A DNA stretch of 64,000 nt from an uncultured Gammaproteobacteria bacterium (GCA_965230895.1 OZ246394.1:249316-313315); one strand, 5' to 3'; positions 26,012 through 36,612 are shown, counted from the stretch's first letter. The notes: a model not told the origin generated them from the sequence alone. Made by a program: numbers and translations.

Positions 26012-26521
26012 ATGACAAATACAAAATATTCTATTGAACCTCTCGACATTAAACATGCAGACCCACTTACTAATTGGTTTAATACATTTGTTGATCAAGA
26101 TCTAGGTGTTGTAGAGAATTTTCATGTAACCGTGGATTCCGAAAGGAGTTATATTGAAGATTACCTCTCTACAATTAAGACAGGCGAACCTATGTCATAT
26201 ATTATTTCCCATGATGAAATTATTGTTGGAAAAGTCGATATCCGTCCGTTTTCAAGATATATTGATAAACATGTTGTGGAGTTAGGTTTTGGAATGCTAA
26301 AGGACCATCCTGAAGCAGGTAAGCAACTCCTTCAATTTATTGAAGAACCTTTGAAGAAAAGAAATCTCGAAGTTGTACTCTATTTTATTTTAGCTCGTAA
26401 TAATTATTTTAGAGAACTTTTCAAACTATCTGGGTTTAAAGAAGTTGGTAAAATTGATAACTTTTATAAAGTAGATGAAGGTTATGACGCAAGAATTATT
26501 TTAGAAAAGATTTTGAAATAA
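26012..26521 (+). CDS. GNAT-fold protein with degenerate acetyl-CoA motif
   Basis: IVGKVDI...HVVELGFG...GKQLL...GFKEVGKIDNFY. Confidence 0.75.
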   Translation: MTNTKYSIEPLDIKHADPLTNWFNTFVDQDLGVVENFHVTVDSERSYIEDYLSTIKTGEPMSYIISHDEIIVGKVDIRPFSRYIDKHVVELGFGMLKDHPEAGKQLLQFIEEPLKKRNLEVVLYFILARNNYFRELFKLSGFKEVGKIDNFYKVDEGYDARIILEKILK

Positions 26522-26559
26522 TTACTTCACTTATTGCTATATTTTCTCATTACTCAAGT

Positions 26560-27093
26560 TTACATTATATTATTAAACATAAATCCAATCATTGTTGGAG
26601 CATCAAAAATTTTACTCTTCTTGATCATATCCTGTATTTTCTTAGGCTCCACATATATAATGTCAATATCTGACTCAGAATCATCGAAATTGACCGAGTC
26701 TATCGATTGAGGTTTAGCGGCTATGAAGTGGCATACTTGTGAAGTTGCTCCTTTATTAAGCATACATTTGCCAAGATAAGTTATCTCATCTGGTTGTGCA
26801 ATAAGTCCTGTCTCTTCTTTTAATTCACGAATACCTGCTGTAGTAACATCTTCCCCTTCATGAAGTAAACCCATTGGAAATTCAGTCATACGTGCGTTTG
26901 CAAGATATCTATATTGCTCAATAAGGACATATTTATTTTTATAAACAGGAACAATTACTACAATATCATTCTTCTTATAGTGCTCATAAACACCTTCTTT
27001 ACCATTTGGAAAAACTATCTCATCGCGGAAAACTTGCATGTGTTTTCCTTTATAACACTGTTCTGAAGATATACGTTTATATTCACCTCGCAT
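26560..27093 (-). CDS. NUDIX hydrolase (ADP-ribose pyrophosphatase-like)
   Basis: EQYRY...EFPMGLLHEGEDVTTAGIRELKEETGL. Confidence 0.92.
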   Translation of the reverse strand: MRGEYKRISSEQCYKGKHMQVFRDEIVFPNGKEGVYEHYKKNDIVVIVPVYKNKYVLIEQYRYLANARMTEFPMGLLHEGEDVTTAGIRELKEETGLIAQPDEITYLGKCMLNKGATSQVCHFIAAKPQSIDSVNFDDSESDIDIIYVEPKKIQDMIKKSKIFDAPTMIGFMFNNIM

Positions 27094-27102
27094 AGTTCAC
27101 GA

Positions 27103-28176
27103 TTAATTAATTTTTACATATGGACTGGCAGCATACCGTTTGCGTCCTTCTGTATTTAGCTCTCTAACCATTGTACCAGATATGTTATATCTTGGAGTAG
27201 GAAGTACAATTATTTCACTATCGAATTCTCTGCCGACTGTTTCTATAGCATCACCTACATCTAATGGATCAGCATCTCCTCGTACAGACAAAAATATAGC
27301 ATTTCCGCTATTAATTAAGTAATTAGAAACAGGATCATCTTCTCTCGCTTTGGCTATACGAGATAACAATGTATCACTCCCCATTACATGACGACCTCTT
27401 CCTTGAGAATCCATGCTTGCAACTAATTGTCTATACTCTATAACTTCTTCTACTTCTGTTAAATCACTTGGAATACCAAGCACAGTCACTCTTTCATGAT
27501 CTGCAAATCCTCTGACAAGATTATCTACTCTATCTGAAAAATTATCGCCAATAGATTTTTCAGTAGATCTTGTGATAGTACTAACCATAACTCTTCGGTC
27601 TTTTATGCCTTTATTCAATAAAACTCCTTCTACTTGTTCTGCGACTTCCGCATGTCCTACATGAGGAAATGGATTAAATGAACCTGGATATTGAGCAATT
27701 GTAACATTATCAGAACTAAGAAGCCCTTCTGCATGCCCTACTGTAAGAATCTGGCCTAATCTTGTTAAATCTCTTTCACCTGTACAAAATCCCATATTTT
27801 TCCTGTTAGCAGCTAAAAAATCTGCTACAACTTCAGGATCTCCAACTTCTGCAACATCCTCAAATTGATTTAAGAAGCTATGTGCTCGAGCTTCTGCCAT
27901 AGTGCTAAATTCGCTTCTCGGAGTTTCAGAGTCAAACTCAGATCCTCCTTTATAAGAACCTAACACTCTTCCAACTCGACCAAGTCTTTCTCCTGAACAG
28001 ATTTCTAATATATCTAAAGGTTTTTGTCCAGTACGAGCAACTCGTATTTCTTCGCCCAATAAAGTTCCCATAGGGACAGAACTTGAATCTGTTGTTAAAG
28101 GGGTGTGTAAGCGGTTTATTGATTGAAGGAAACCAATCTTATTTCTATATACTGATGCATCTGCTTCGGATCTCAT
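27103..28176 (-). CDS. HxGH nucleotidyltransferase (NadD/cytidylyltransferase-like) with unknown N-terminal domain
   Basis: YPGSFNPFPHVGH, MGSDTL, ISGTMVRE. Confidence 0.8.
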   Translation of the reverse strand: MRSEADASVYRNKIGFLQSINRLHTPLTTDSSSVPMGTLLGEEIRVARTGQKPLDILEICSGERLGRVGRVLGSYKGGSEFDSETPRSEFSTMAEARAHSFLNQFEDVAEVGDPEVVADFLAANRKNMGFCTGERDLTRLGQILTVGHAEGLLSSDNVTIAQYPGSFNPFPHVGHAEVAEQVEGVLLNKGIKDRRVMVSTITRSTEKSIGDNFSDRVDNLVRGFADHERVTVLGIPSDLTEVEEVIEYRQLVASMDSQGRGRHVMGSDTLLSRIAKAREDDPVSNYLINSGNAIFLSVRGDADPLDVGDAIETVGREFDSEIIVLPTPRYNISGTMVRELNTEGRKRYAASPYVKIN

Positions 28177-28203
28177 ACTATATTATTGAGCAGGTTGTTA
28201 ATT

Positions 28204-29115
28204 TTAATCTATATAGCTCGGTAAAGCAATTTTGCCAAAAATTCTTTCAGACATTTGATTTAATTGTTTATAACTTTTAATTACTCCTGCTTCATTTAAT
28301 GAATGTAATACCTTATATGTATCATCATGGTTTGGAAGAATATATCGAAATCCTTTGTTATCAATTTCTTTGTGTATCCCTTTATATTTTTTGTCTACTG
28401 AAACGGGATAGAGGTCTGTTTTTTGTTTTTTAGCTATATCTTGAAACATAACCATGCTCGGATTAAACTCAATTTCTAATCTATTGCAAATCTTTTGAAT
28501 TACATTCTCTACACCTCCATCTGGATGTTCAAAAACTTTCATAACTACCATGCTTGTATCAATTCCTTGATCTTGTGCACTGATTATTGTCCCCAAAAAA
28601 CAATTATATGCTGCGATTAGATTCTTTAAAGCTAATTGTCCATATTTTTTATAAGCTTCATCCAGTGTTTTGGGATCTCTCGTTATCATCCAATATTTAA
28701 GCCAACCATTATAAATAGCAAGAGGATCTCTTGTTATTCCTAGTATCTTTGTTTTTTTTATAAATTCAGCCTCTGATACTCCTGCGTGTTCCGCCGCTAG
28801 CTGCAAAACACGGGTTGGATAGTGAACAATCATAGAGGGGGTTATTGGACCATATGTTTCTTTTAAAAATACTGATTTACCATTGCCAGGCATTTGGATA
28901 GTAATAGGTTCTTTGCCTTGATCCGTGGGGTATGCAATTGCATTTCTTAATACATCTTCACCAAATGCATCAAAACTAGATGAACATGATAGAACTTTAC
29001 TCATGGCGGTAGTTCCTCCTCTTCCTACGCCAAGCGTAATTATCATATTTGGATAACCATTGGGAAAGTGAATGTATTTCGCATAATCTTCAGGTTTCAG
29101 AAATTCTTTTTTCAT
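28204..29115 (-). CDS. PAPS-dependent sulfotransferase-like protein
   Basis: 5'-PSB-like LGVGRGGTTAM and 3'-PB-like ITRDPLAIYNGW; divergent from PAPS synthase. Confidence 0.78.
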   Translation of the reverse strand: MKKEFLKPEDYAKYIHFPNGYPNMIITLGVGRGGTTAMSKVLSCSSSFDAFGEDVLRNAIAYPTDQGKEPITIQMPGNGKSVFLKETYGPITPSMIVHYPTRVLQLAAEHAGVSEAEFIKKTKILGITRDPLAIYNGWLKYWMITRDPKTLDEAYKKYGQLALKNLIAAYNCFLGTIISAQDQGIDTSMVVMKVFEHPDGGVENVIQKICNRLEIEFNPSMVMFQDIAKKQKTDLYPVSVDKKYKGIHKEIDNKGFRYILPNHDDTYKVLHSLNEAGVIKSYKQLNQMSERIFGKIALPSYID

Positions 29116-29172
29116 ATTCTAGGAGGCTGCAAAGTCTCGACAATTATATCATAATAATCTACAATTGCTTTT

Positions 29173-30903
29173 ATGAGAAATTCAAAAAAATCTGTGTCTC
29201 CAGCCCATGGTGGACTATTAAAGAACTTAATGGTTAAGGATAAAAAGCGTAAAGAAGAAATTTTGCAAAAGCTTCCAAATATTCCTCGTCTTAATCTAAG
29301 CATTAGACAATTATGTGATCTAGAACTTCTTATGAATGGCGGATTTTCTCCACTGGAAGGGTTTATGAGAAAAGAAGATTATGAGAGTGTTGTCTATAAT
29401 ATGCGGCTAAATGATGGAACATTGTGGCCAATCCCAGTAGTACTTGATGTAAATGATATTAAAAGTTACAAGCTAGGATCAGAATTACTATTATGCGATC
29501 AATATGGAAAACCACTAGCACTATTTACAATTAGTTCAATCTATGAACCTTCAAAAAGAATAGAAGCAGAAAATGTTTACGGTACAACAGATACAACTCA
29601 CTTTGGAGTAAATCAGTTGGTGGAACATACTGGAAATTTTTATTTAGGAGGGAAAGTAGAAGGTATTAATACTATTGATCATTACGATTTTACAGAAGTT
29701 AGGTTTACTCCTGAACAAATATATAAGTTGCTCAAGGAGGATAAAAATGACAAATTAATAGGATTTCAAACAAGAAATCCATTACACAAAGCCCATTATA
29801 CTATGATTCAGAAAGCTGCTGAAAAATACAAAGCAAAAGTATTAATCCATCCATCCGTTGGTATGACAAAAACTGACGACATTGACTATATTACTCGGAC
29901 TAAATCATATAAATTATTGCATAAGAATTATGCAAAGAATTTCTCATTCTTAAGTCTTTTACCTTTAGCTATGCGTATGGCGGGGCCAAGAGAAGCCTTA
30001 TGGCATGCCATTATACGAAAGAATTATGGTTGTACTCATTTTATTATAGGTAGAGATCATGCAGGTCCAGGTAAGGATAAAAATGGTACTCCTTTTTACG
30101 GAGTCTACGAAGCTCAAGAATTAGTCAAAAAATATTCTAAGGAATTAGATATTATTCCTATTTTTGTTAATGAAATGGTTTATGTTGAAGAGGCAAATGA
30201 ATATATGCAGGAAGACCAAGTTAATGAAACACACACTATTAAGAAAATTTCTGGAACTAGGTTTAGAGAAATGATTCAAAATGATGAACAAATTCCTGAA
30301 TGGTTCTCTTTCCCGGAAATAATAGCTGAGATTAAAAGAGGTGTTACTAGACAGAGAAAAGATGGTTTAACAATATTCTTTACAGGTCTTCCAAGTGCAG
30401 GTAAATCAACGATTGCTCTAAATCTCTATTATCATTTACTCGAGATTCAAGATAAAAACATTACTCTATTGGATGGTGATATTGTAAGAAACAATTTGTC
30501 GAAAGGATTAGGCTTCAGTAAAGAGGATCGAGATGCAAACATAGCACGTATTGGTTTTGTCGCAAATGAGATTACGAAGCATAGAGGAATCGCTATTTGC
30601 TCCGCAATTGCACCTTTCGAGCAAGCACGACAGTTGAATCGAAAGCTAATAAATTCAAATGGAAACTATGTAGAAGTCTATATATCAACTCCAGCAGAAA
30701 TATGTCAACAAAGAGATGTTAAAGGTTTATATAAAATGGCTTCTATGGGGAAAATTAAAGGCTTAACTGGAGTTGATGATTCTTATGAGGTACCTTCAAA
30801 TCCAGAAATGACAATAAATACTGAAAAAAGGACTCCTGAAGAATGTGTTGAAGAGATTATTAACTATCTTCTCAAAAAAAGACTTATACATGTAACTAAA
30901 TGA
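29173..30903 (+). CDS. sat: Bifunctional ATP sulfurylase / APS kinase
   Basis: FQTRNPLH, MAGPREALWHA, GRDHAGPG; C-terminal FTGLPSAGKST, LDGDIVR, RDVKGLY. Confidence 0.96.
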   Translation: MRNSKKSVSPAHGGLLKNLMVKDKKRKEEILQKLPNIPRLNLSIRQLCDLELLMNGGFSPLEGFMRKEDYESVVYNMRLNDGTLWPIPVVLDVNDIKSYKLGSELLLCDQYGKPLALFTISSIYEPSKRIEAENVYGTTDTTHFGVNQLVEHTGNFYLGGKVEGINTIDHYDFTEVRFTPEQIYKLLKEDKNDKLIGFQTRNPLHKAHYTMIQKAAEKYKAKVLIHPSVGMTKTDDIDYITRTKSYKLLHKNYAKNFSFLSLLPLAMRMAGPREALWHAIIRKNYGCTHFIIGRDHAGPGKDKNGTPFYGVYEAQELVKKYSKELDIIPIFVNEMVYVEEANEYMQEDQVNETHTIKKISGTRFREMIQNDEQIPEWFSFPEIIAEIKRGVTRQRKDGLTIFFTGLPSAGKSTIALNLYYHLLEIQDKNITLLDGDIVRNNLSKGLGFSKEDRDANIARIGFVANEITKHRGIAICSAIAPFEQARQLNRKLINSNGNYVEVYISTPAEICQQRDVKGLYKMASMGKIKGLTGVDDSYEVPSNPEMTINTEKRTPEECVEEIINYLLKKRLIHVTK

Positions 30904-31913
30904 AAATGTATCCAGAAGCCACGAGTATTTTTGAGTATATAAAAAAATCAGAAAATATCGTGATAAATATGCATCGTAATCCAGATCTAGACTCAGTTGG
31001 TAGTGCAAGTTCAATGTGTGAACTCTTACGGACGATGGGTAAGAAGGTAACTCTCATTTGTCCTCATAAACTAAGTAGTAAATTCTTCTTCATAAAACAT
31101 GCTCGATCTGTACTCCAAATAGACTATGCGGATTTTGATTTCACTCCTTATGACTTATTCATCTTAATTGATACAGCTAATTTCTATGTAGCATCTGATA
31201 AGCGAGATCTAACTTGGGCAAGTAAACTTACAGTACCTACTATGGTTTTAGATCATCACAAGACCAATTCAATTAAATCTACTTTTAAATTGATTGATGA
31301 GCAAGCAAATGCAGCTGGAGAAATTCTCTATTATTTGTTTGAACAATGGAAGGTTTCTTTTAATTGTGAGATTGCAACAGCTTTATATGCTTCAATTATT
31401 GGCGATACTGTTTTCTTACGCTATAAAAATAATCCGGAAAACTTATATAAAGTACTTGCTCATTTAATAGAATTAGGAGCTGATGAAAAATTAGTATTAA
31501 GCCAGTACTATGATTTCTTTTCACTTGAACATATTCAAATGTTTGGAGAGTTCTTAAAACATTTTGAGATAAATTCAACAGAAACATTCGCTTGGACAGC
31601 CCTTAATTATGAAACATATGTGCATTACAAAAAGCCTCTAGGAATACGTGAAGCTATAGCGGATGACTATGGTAGAGCTATCGGTAAAAGCAAGTTTGGG
31701 TTAGTCCTCCTTGAAGAGGAACCTGGAAAAGTTATGATGAGTTTTCGTTCATCGAAAGTAGACGTTTCTCAAGTGGCAAAGTTATTTAATGGAGGCGGGC
31801 ATGCTCATGCTGCTGGAGCCGTTATCTATGGAGATTTTGACAAAACTGTTAATAAAATTCTGAATGTAATCGAAAAATTTTTAGCTGAGAGAAGTAATAT
31901 TATTGACATCTAA
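30900..31913 (+). CDS. DHH/DHHA1 phosphoesterase (NrnA-like oligoribonuclease/pAp phosphatase)
   Basis: HRNPDLDSVGS, LDHH, GDT, SFRS, GGGHAHAAG. Confidence 0.92.
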   Translation: MKMYPEATSIFEYIKKSENIVINMHRNPDLDSVGSASSMCELLRTMGKKVTLICPHKLSSKFFFIKHARSVLQIDYADFDFTPYDLFILIDTANFYVASDKRDLTWASKLTVPTMVLDHHKTNSIKSTFKLIDEQANAAGEILYYLFEQWKVSFNCEIATALYASIIGDTVFLRYKNNPENLYKVLAHLIELGADEKLVLSQYYDFFSLEHIQMFGEFLKHFEINSTETFAWTALNYETYVHYKKPLGIREAIADDYGRAIGKSKFGLVLLEEEPGKVMMSFRSSKVDVSQVAKLFNGGGHAHAAGAVIYGDFDKTVNKILNVIEKFLAERSNIIDI

Positions 31914-31971
31914 TATGCAATCTCTTAAATTAGTAATGATCCCCTACTTATAGCAATTTCTTGTGAACAAA

Positions 31972-33603
31972 ATGCTTAATCAAAACGCAGTAGCAGTAAT
32001 GCGGGTTTCCTCACAGAAGTAGGGCTTTGATGGTGATTCTATTGAGCACCAAAGAGTTCAGATTGAACTTTATGCTTCAACTCGCAACATCACGATTAAA
32101 AAATATTTCATATTAATAGAGTCAGCTGCGAAAGAACAACAACCAACACAAGAGGCTATCGAGTATTGCACAAATAAAAAGAATAACATTCAGCTTCTTA
32201 TTATTAAATCTATTGATAGATTTACTCGTGGAGGAGCCTACTTCTATGAGGATATGAAAGCGAAGCTAACAAAACATCGTGTGCAGTTAGTTGATCTCTA
32301 TGGTGTGATTAACAATCAAGAGGTTAATACGCTTGAGCATCTGGGAGTGAAGTATTCATGGAGCGTCTATAATCCAAGTAAAAAATCAGAGATCCTTGAA
32401 GCAGAACGTGGTAAGGATGAGCTACGAGATATCCTATCTCGCATGATTGGTTCTGAAGTTCGTTATACACGTTTGGGATATCGTGTTCGACAAGCACCTT
32501 TTGGATATCAGAATCAACGAATAGAAACTATACATGGAAAGCGGTTTATCCTCGTACCTCATCCAATAGAATCAGTATGGGTAAAACGAATGTTTGAATT
32601 AAAAGTTCAATCGCTTTATTCAGATCAAGAAATCGTTAAGCAAATCAATCTCATGGGTTTTAGAACAAGAAAAGTATATTTCCGTGACCCTAGAAATAAG
32701 GCACGAGCAATTGGTATAAAAGGTGGCAATCAACTAAATTTGACAAGTTTTGATAAATTCCTGCGTAATCCTATCTATACAGGGATTACTGTAGAAGTAT
32801 GGACATTGCAGAAACCTATCAAATGTCAATTTGAAGGTTTAGTTTCGATAGAAACATTTAATAAAGCAAATGCAGGGAAAGTAATGATTTTTGAAGAAAA
32901 TGGAGAATTACAAATATTAAAGGGTAAGGTTCTTAAGAAAAGAATAGTTGAAACAGCTATAAGTGTGAGATATCCTTATCGAAAGTTGGTATTGTGTAGT
33001 AATGGAAGACATCCCTTCTATGGGAGTGCTTCTCGTGGTAGAGGAAACGGTTATTTCCCTGCATATCATTGTGATACTAAAAGAAGAGCTCATTATATTC
33101 GAATTCCTGTTAAAAGATTTCATGCAGCTATTATTGACTACTTACAGAGCGTGCGCATAAAGGATGAGGCAATAGAGGAATTCCATAAAACTCTTTCCGA
33201 AAGACAGAATCTTAAGATGCATGATTCTACGTTTCAAACTACTGCAATTAAGCAAAGAGTATTGCAGATTGAAAAAGAGATTTTCCTTCTTATAGACAAA
33301 ATAAAGATGTTACATTCAGTAGTAGCACTACAAGCGCTTGAAATAGATATAGAAAAGCTGAGAGTAGAAAAAGAAGAATTACTAAAGAAGGAAAAAATGG
33401 TTGCTTTACAAAAGAAAAAAGATAATATAGCGAATAATGTTGTAGTGAGTACTCTAGACAGAATACCTGAAGATGTTATTAATGATCATAACGAAATGCT
33501 TAAAAAACAGCTTTTTGAGATGCTATTTGAAGAACTGCCGAGTTATGATGATCTTTTAAATAAAACAGCCCTTTTAAGGCCAGGATTTGAGCTAGCCTTA
33601 TAG
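31972..33603 (+). pseudogene. Large serine recombinase interrupted by in-frame TAG at 32020-32022
   Basis: MLNQNAVAVMRVSSQK*GFDGDSIEHQ...KSIDRFTRGG in frame with the 32254-33603 ORF (APFGY, AYHC). Confidence 0.85.
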
Positions 33604-33618
33604 GGATCGAAGCTTGAA

Positions 33619-33879
33619 TCATTTATCTTTTTTAAGATTCTTTGCTACTTTCTGCATTGCATCAACAACTTTTTCAGCATATCCTTCCGTAGCATTTCTT
33701 GGATCACGTTCTGTAAGTACTTTAAGCACTGTTTCCAGTACTTTCTGTCTATTATTTCCACTTGCTACCTCTTCAAAAACAGAAGGAGAAATATGCTTTA
33801 AAAAATCTTTATAACTACTTGCCTCCATATACTTCTTTAGCTCTTCCAAACTAATATCTGTGCTTTTTATTTTCATCAT
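33619..33879 (-). CDS. Hypothetical protein
   Basis: 86 aa ORF with TAGAAT just upstream, divergent from XRE gene. Confidence 0.6.
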   Translation of the reverse strand: MMKIKSTDISLEELKKYMEASSYKDFLKHISPSVFEEVASGNNRQKVLETVLKVLTERDPRNATEGYAEKVVDAMQKVAKNLKKDK

Positions 33880-33953
33880 GGTGATTCTATCACAAAATTC
33901 AGTATTTTAAGCACACATAACCAAAAAGATGTATAATATCTGAAGAAGATATT

Positions 33954-34154
33954 ATGGATTTTTATAACAATATTGGCAAACTTTTTAGAGAAACTCGCGA
34001 AAAAGCTGGATTAACACAATCTGAAGTAGCTAAAAAAGCAGGGATTCATGTTAATTACTATGCGAGAATAGAACGAGGAGAACCCGAATTTCGGGCTGTA
34101 GTGCTTAACAAGGTGGCTAAAGCACTTAACCTGACCATTACACTACCTCTTTAG
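33954..34154 (+). CDS. XRE HTH regulator
   Basis: REKAGLTQSEVAKKAGIHVNYYARIERGE. Confidence 0.9.
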   Translation: MDFYNNIGKLFRETREKAGLTQSEVAKKAGIHVNYYARIERGEPEFRAVVLNKVAKALNLTITLPL

Positions 34155-34320
34155 TTTACTGCACGTTTCTTCTTATAATGTCTTTTCGTCTTTGAGTAGC
34201 TTGAACCTTGCGGCAACATTTTGTCATCAGCTACACTTTCTTGATCTTTATAAACAAGGATTAGTTTCCAAATCCAAGGCAAAAAGTGTTCAAAAGAAAA
34301 TGCATCAGGGGCACAGACTT

Positions 34321-36135
34321 CTATTTCTTTAAAGGTAACGAGAAACAGAATGTAGATCCTTTACCTTTTTTACTTTCGACCCAGATTTCTCCCCGATGCC
34401 GTTTAATAATCTCAGCAGAAATATATAATCCCAAACCTAAATTCTTTTTACTTTTTTTATCTCTTTCATTCATCCGGAAGTATTTTTCGAAAATTTCTTT
34501 TTGCTTTCCGCTAGGGATTCCCTCGCCAAAATCCTGGATACAAACTCCAATCCTATTTTTTTCTTTATGCATCGTAATGATAATTTCATCGTTCTTTGGC
34601 GAATATTTAACTGCATTTGTCAATAAATTTAAAATTACCTGACTCAAACGTTCTTGATCGCCAGTAATAATACATTTCTCATGAGGAGTATATTTAATTG
34701 TATGTGTATCTGTAATATATTGAAAATCCTTCACTGTTTGTGTAACTAATCCTTGTAAATCAAATTTACTTTCTCGCAAAGCTAATTTCCCAACTTCAAT
34801 TTTACTTATATCAAGAAAATCTCCTACTAACGTCACAAGCTTCTCAACCTGCGTATTTATATTTTGTAAAAAATAAGTGCTTTTCTCGTCAACATTATTT
34901 GCGAGATGTTTTTGAAGAATCTGAGCATAGGCTTTAATGCTCGTGACTGGAGTTTTTATTTCATGAGCAGCCATACTCAGAAATTCGTCTTTTTGCTTTT
35001 GCTGCTCTTTAATGTCAGTAATATCTTTGAATACTACAAAAACAAGATGCTTCTCATTATCATATACTCGATTCATGACAACTCTGTACCATTTTTGAGA
35101 TTCATCATCAAAATGTTCAAACCGCTTGCGTTTTCCTGTCTGGGCAACTTTGGCATGAAGATCGCACCACCATTGTCTATCATCACGATCGGGGTAAACT
35201 TCTCCTGCGGTTTTTCCTACAAGATTTGTGATGCCAACCTGTTTCTCCCACGCGTCGTTGACGGCTAAGAATCGATAATCGTATGAAAAGCCTTCTTTAT
35301 TAAATAGTGCTTCAATAAGGCAAGCTCCATCTTCAAGAGAGTTAAATAAAGTACGATACTTCTCTTCTGATCTTTGTACGATGCTTTCGGCTTGTACACG
35401 TTCGAGGGCTTGTGCACATTGCCTGCCGAGAGCTTGGATGAATAATCTATCTTCTTCACTAAACTTCTTGCTTGAGGAGAAACTTAAACAAAGTACACCT
35501 ATTATTTTCTTATCTATTACTAGTGGTGCTGCTGCAAAAGATGTATTTTCACTTGCCTGCGCAATTTTAATTGTAAGTGGGTATCGTATCTTTCCTTCCT
35601 CTATCGATTCGATGAAGATAACATTTCCGGTCCGTACTGCATCCGCAAGATGAATTGGCGCTGTAATTGGCATATTATTCCAGTGATTGAGTTCGCGTTT
35701 TTTAAATCCAATAGCATGGAGTATTTTAAGCATCTGCCCAGAATCATCAAGGAGGTATATGAGCCCACTTTGGGCTTGCATTGTTTCCATCCCTTGTTTA
35801 ATAAGTATGTCGGCGATATCCAGAGACGTATGTGCCCCAGAAAGCTCATTAATCAGAAATTGGAATCGAGCTAAGCGTTCAATTGCTCGTTCGAAATCAT
35901 GTTTAAAGAAATCTATACTTGTTCCTTGTGAAAGACTTGGTTGGCTTGTGTCTGTACCCATAAGCTGGAGGACATCATCTCTTTTATATCTTCGATCTCC
36001 CCTCTTACCAAATCTAATCGCTTTTAAAATACCATTTTTATCCCAAAGTCTCAGTGTGTTTGGATGAACCTTTAGAATATTACTTGTTTGTTTAAAAGTG
36101 AGAAGTTCTTCTTGAGGTATATTATAATTTGCCAT
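34321..36135 (-). CDS. MerR-type HTH-GAF-PAS-histidine kinase
   Basis: LKVHPNTLRLWDKNG...RRY; GAF segment; PAS; AHEIKTPVT, NLLTNAVKYS, DFGEGI, GLGLYI, GSTF. Confidence 0.88.
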   Translation of the reverse strand: MANYNIPQEELLTFKQTSNILKVHPNTLRLWDKNGILKAIRFGKRGDRRYKRDDVLQLMGTDTSQPSLSQGTSIDFFKHDFERAIERLARFQFLINELSGAHTSLDIADILIKQGMETMQAQSGLIYLLDDSGQMLKILHAIGFKKRELNHWNNMPITAPIHLADAVRTGNVIFIESIEEGKIRYPLTIKIAQASENTSFAAAPLVIDKKIIGVLCLSFSSSKKFSEEDRLFIQALGRQCAQALERVQAESIVQRSEEKYRTLFNSLEDGACLIEALFNKEGFSYDYRFLAVNDAWEKQVGITNLVGKTAGEVYPDRDDRQWWCDLHAKVAQTGKRKRFEHFDDESQKWYRVVMNRVYDNEKHLVFVVFKDITDIKEQQKQKDEFLSMAAHEIKTPVTSIKAYAQILQKHLANNVDEKSTYFLQNINTQVEKLVTLVGDFLDISKIEVGKLALRESKFDLQGLVTQTVKDFQYITDTHTIKYTPHEKCIITGDQERLSQVILNLLTNAVKYSPKNDEIIITMHKEKNRIGVCIQDFGEGIPSGKQKEIFEKYFRMNERDKKSKKNLGLGLYISAEIIKRHRGEIWVESKKGKGSTFCFSLPLKK

Positions 36136-36269
36136 TTTACTTACCAATACATACTAACATTAGTAATAAAAGTTTACAAATCCTTATTTCCTTATTACCG
36201 TCTTCTCATCAAAAACTTTTACTCAGGCTTTATAGTGAAATTACATTAAAGAAAGGAGGTGAAATATAT

Positions 36270-36536
36270 ATGGCAAATACAGATGATAAAAGACATCAAG
36301 ACAATCTCGATCCAGCAACAAGATCAAGTATTGGCTCAATGGGAGGCAATGCTTCTTCTTCAAAGCAGGATATGAGTGAATTAGGTAAAAAGGGTGGATC
36401 CGCAGCACAACAAAGTGGAAACGCCCATCAACTTACTCATGAAGAGCAAAGCCAAGGCGGCTCAAACAGTGGTGGTAACTTCGCAAACGATCCACAAAGA
36501 GCAAGTGAAGCCGGCCAGAAAGGCGGTAGTAAATAA
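36270..36536 (+). CDS. KGG-repeat general stress protein (YciG/GsiB-like)
   Basis: MSELGKKGG, NFANDPQRASEAGQKGG; SD AGGAGGTG sets start at 36270. Confidence 0.85.
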   Translation: MANTDDKRHQDNLDPATRSSIGSMGGNASSSKQDMSELGKKGGSAAQQSGNAHQLTHEEQSQGGSNSGGNFANDPQRASEAGQKGGSK

Positions 36537-36612
36537 GTTACATTCTCTACCGCTAGGTAAAACGACAAGCTTTACTTAGCGGTAGAAATAAATTAAGAAA
36601 GGAATATAAATT

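Noticed and set aside
33595-33615. GGGATCGAA as tRNA-derived attR of the island
   Set aside because: Too short and does not match the tRNA-Leu(GAG) 3' end.
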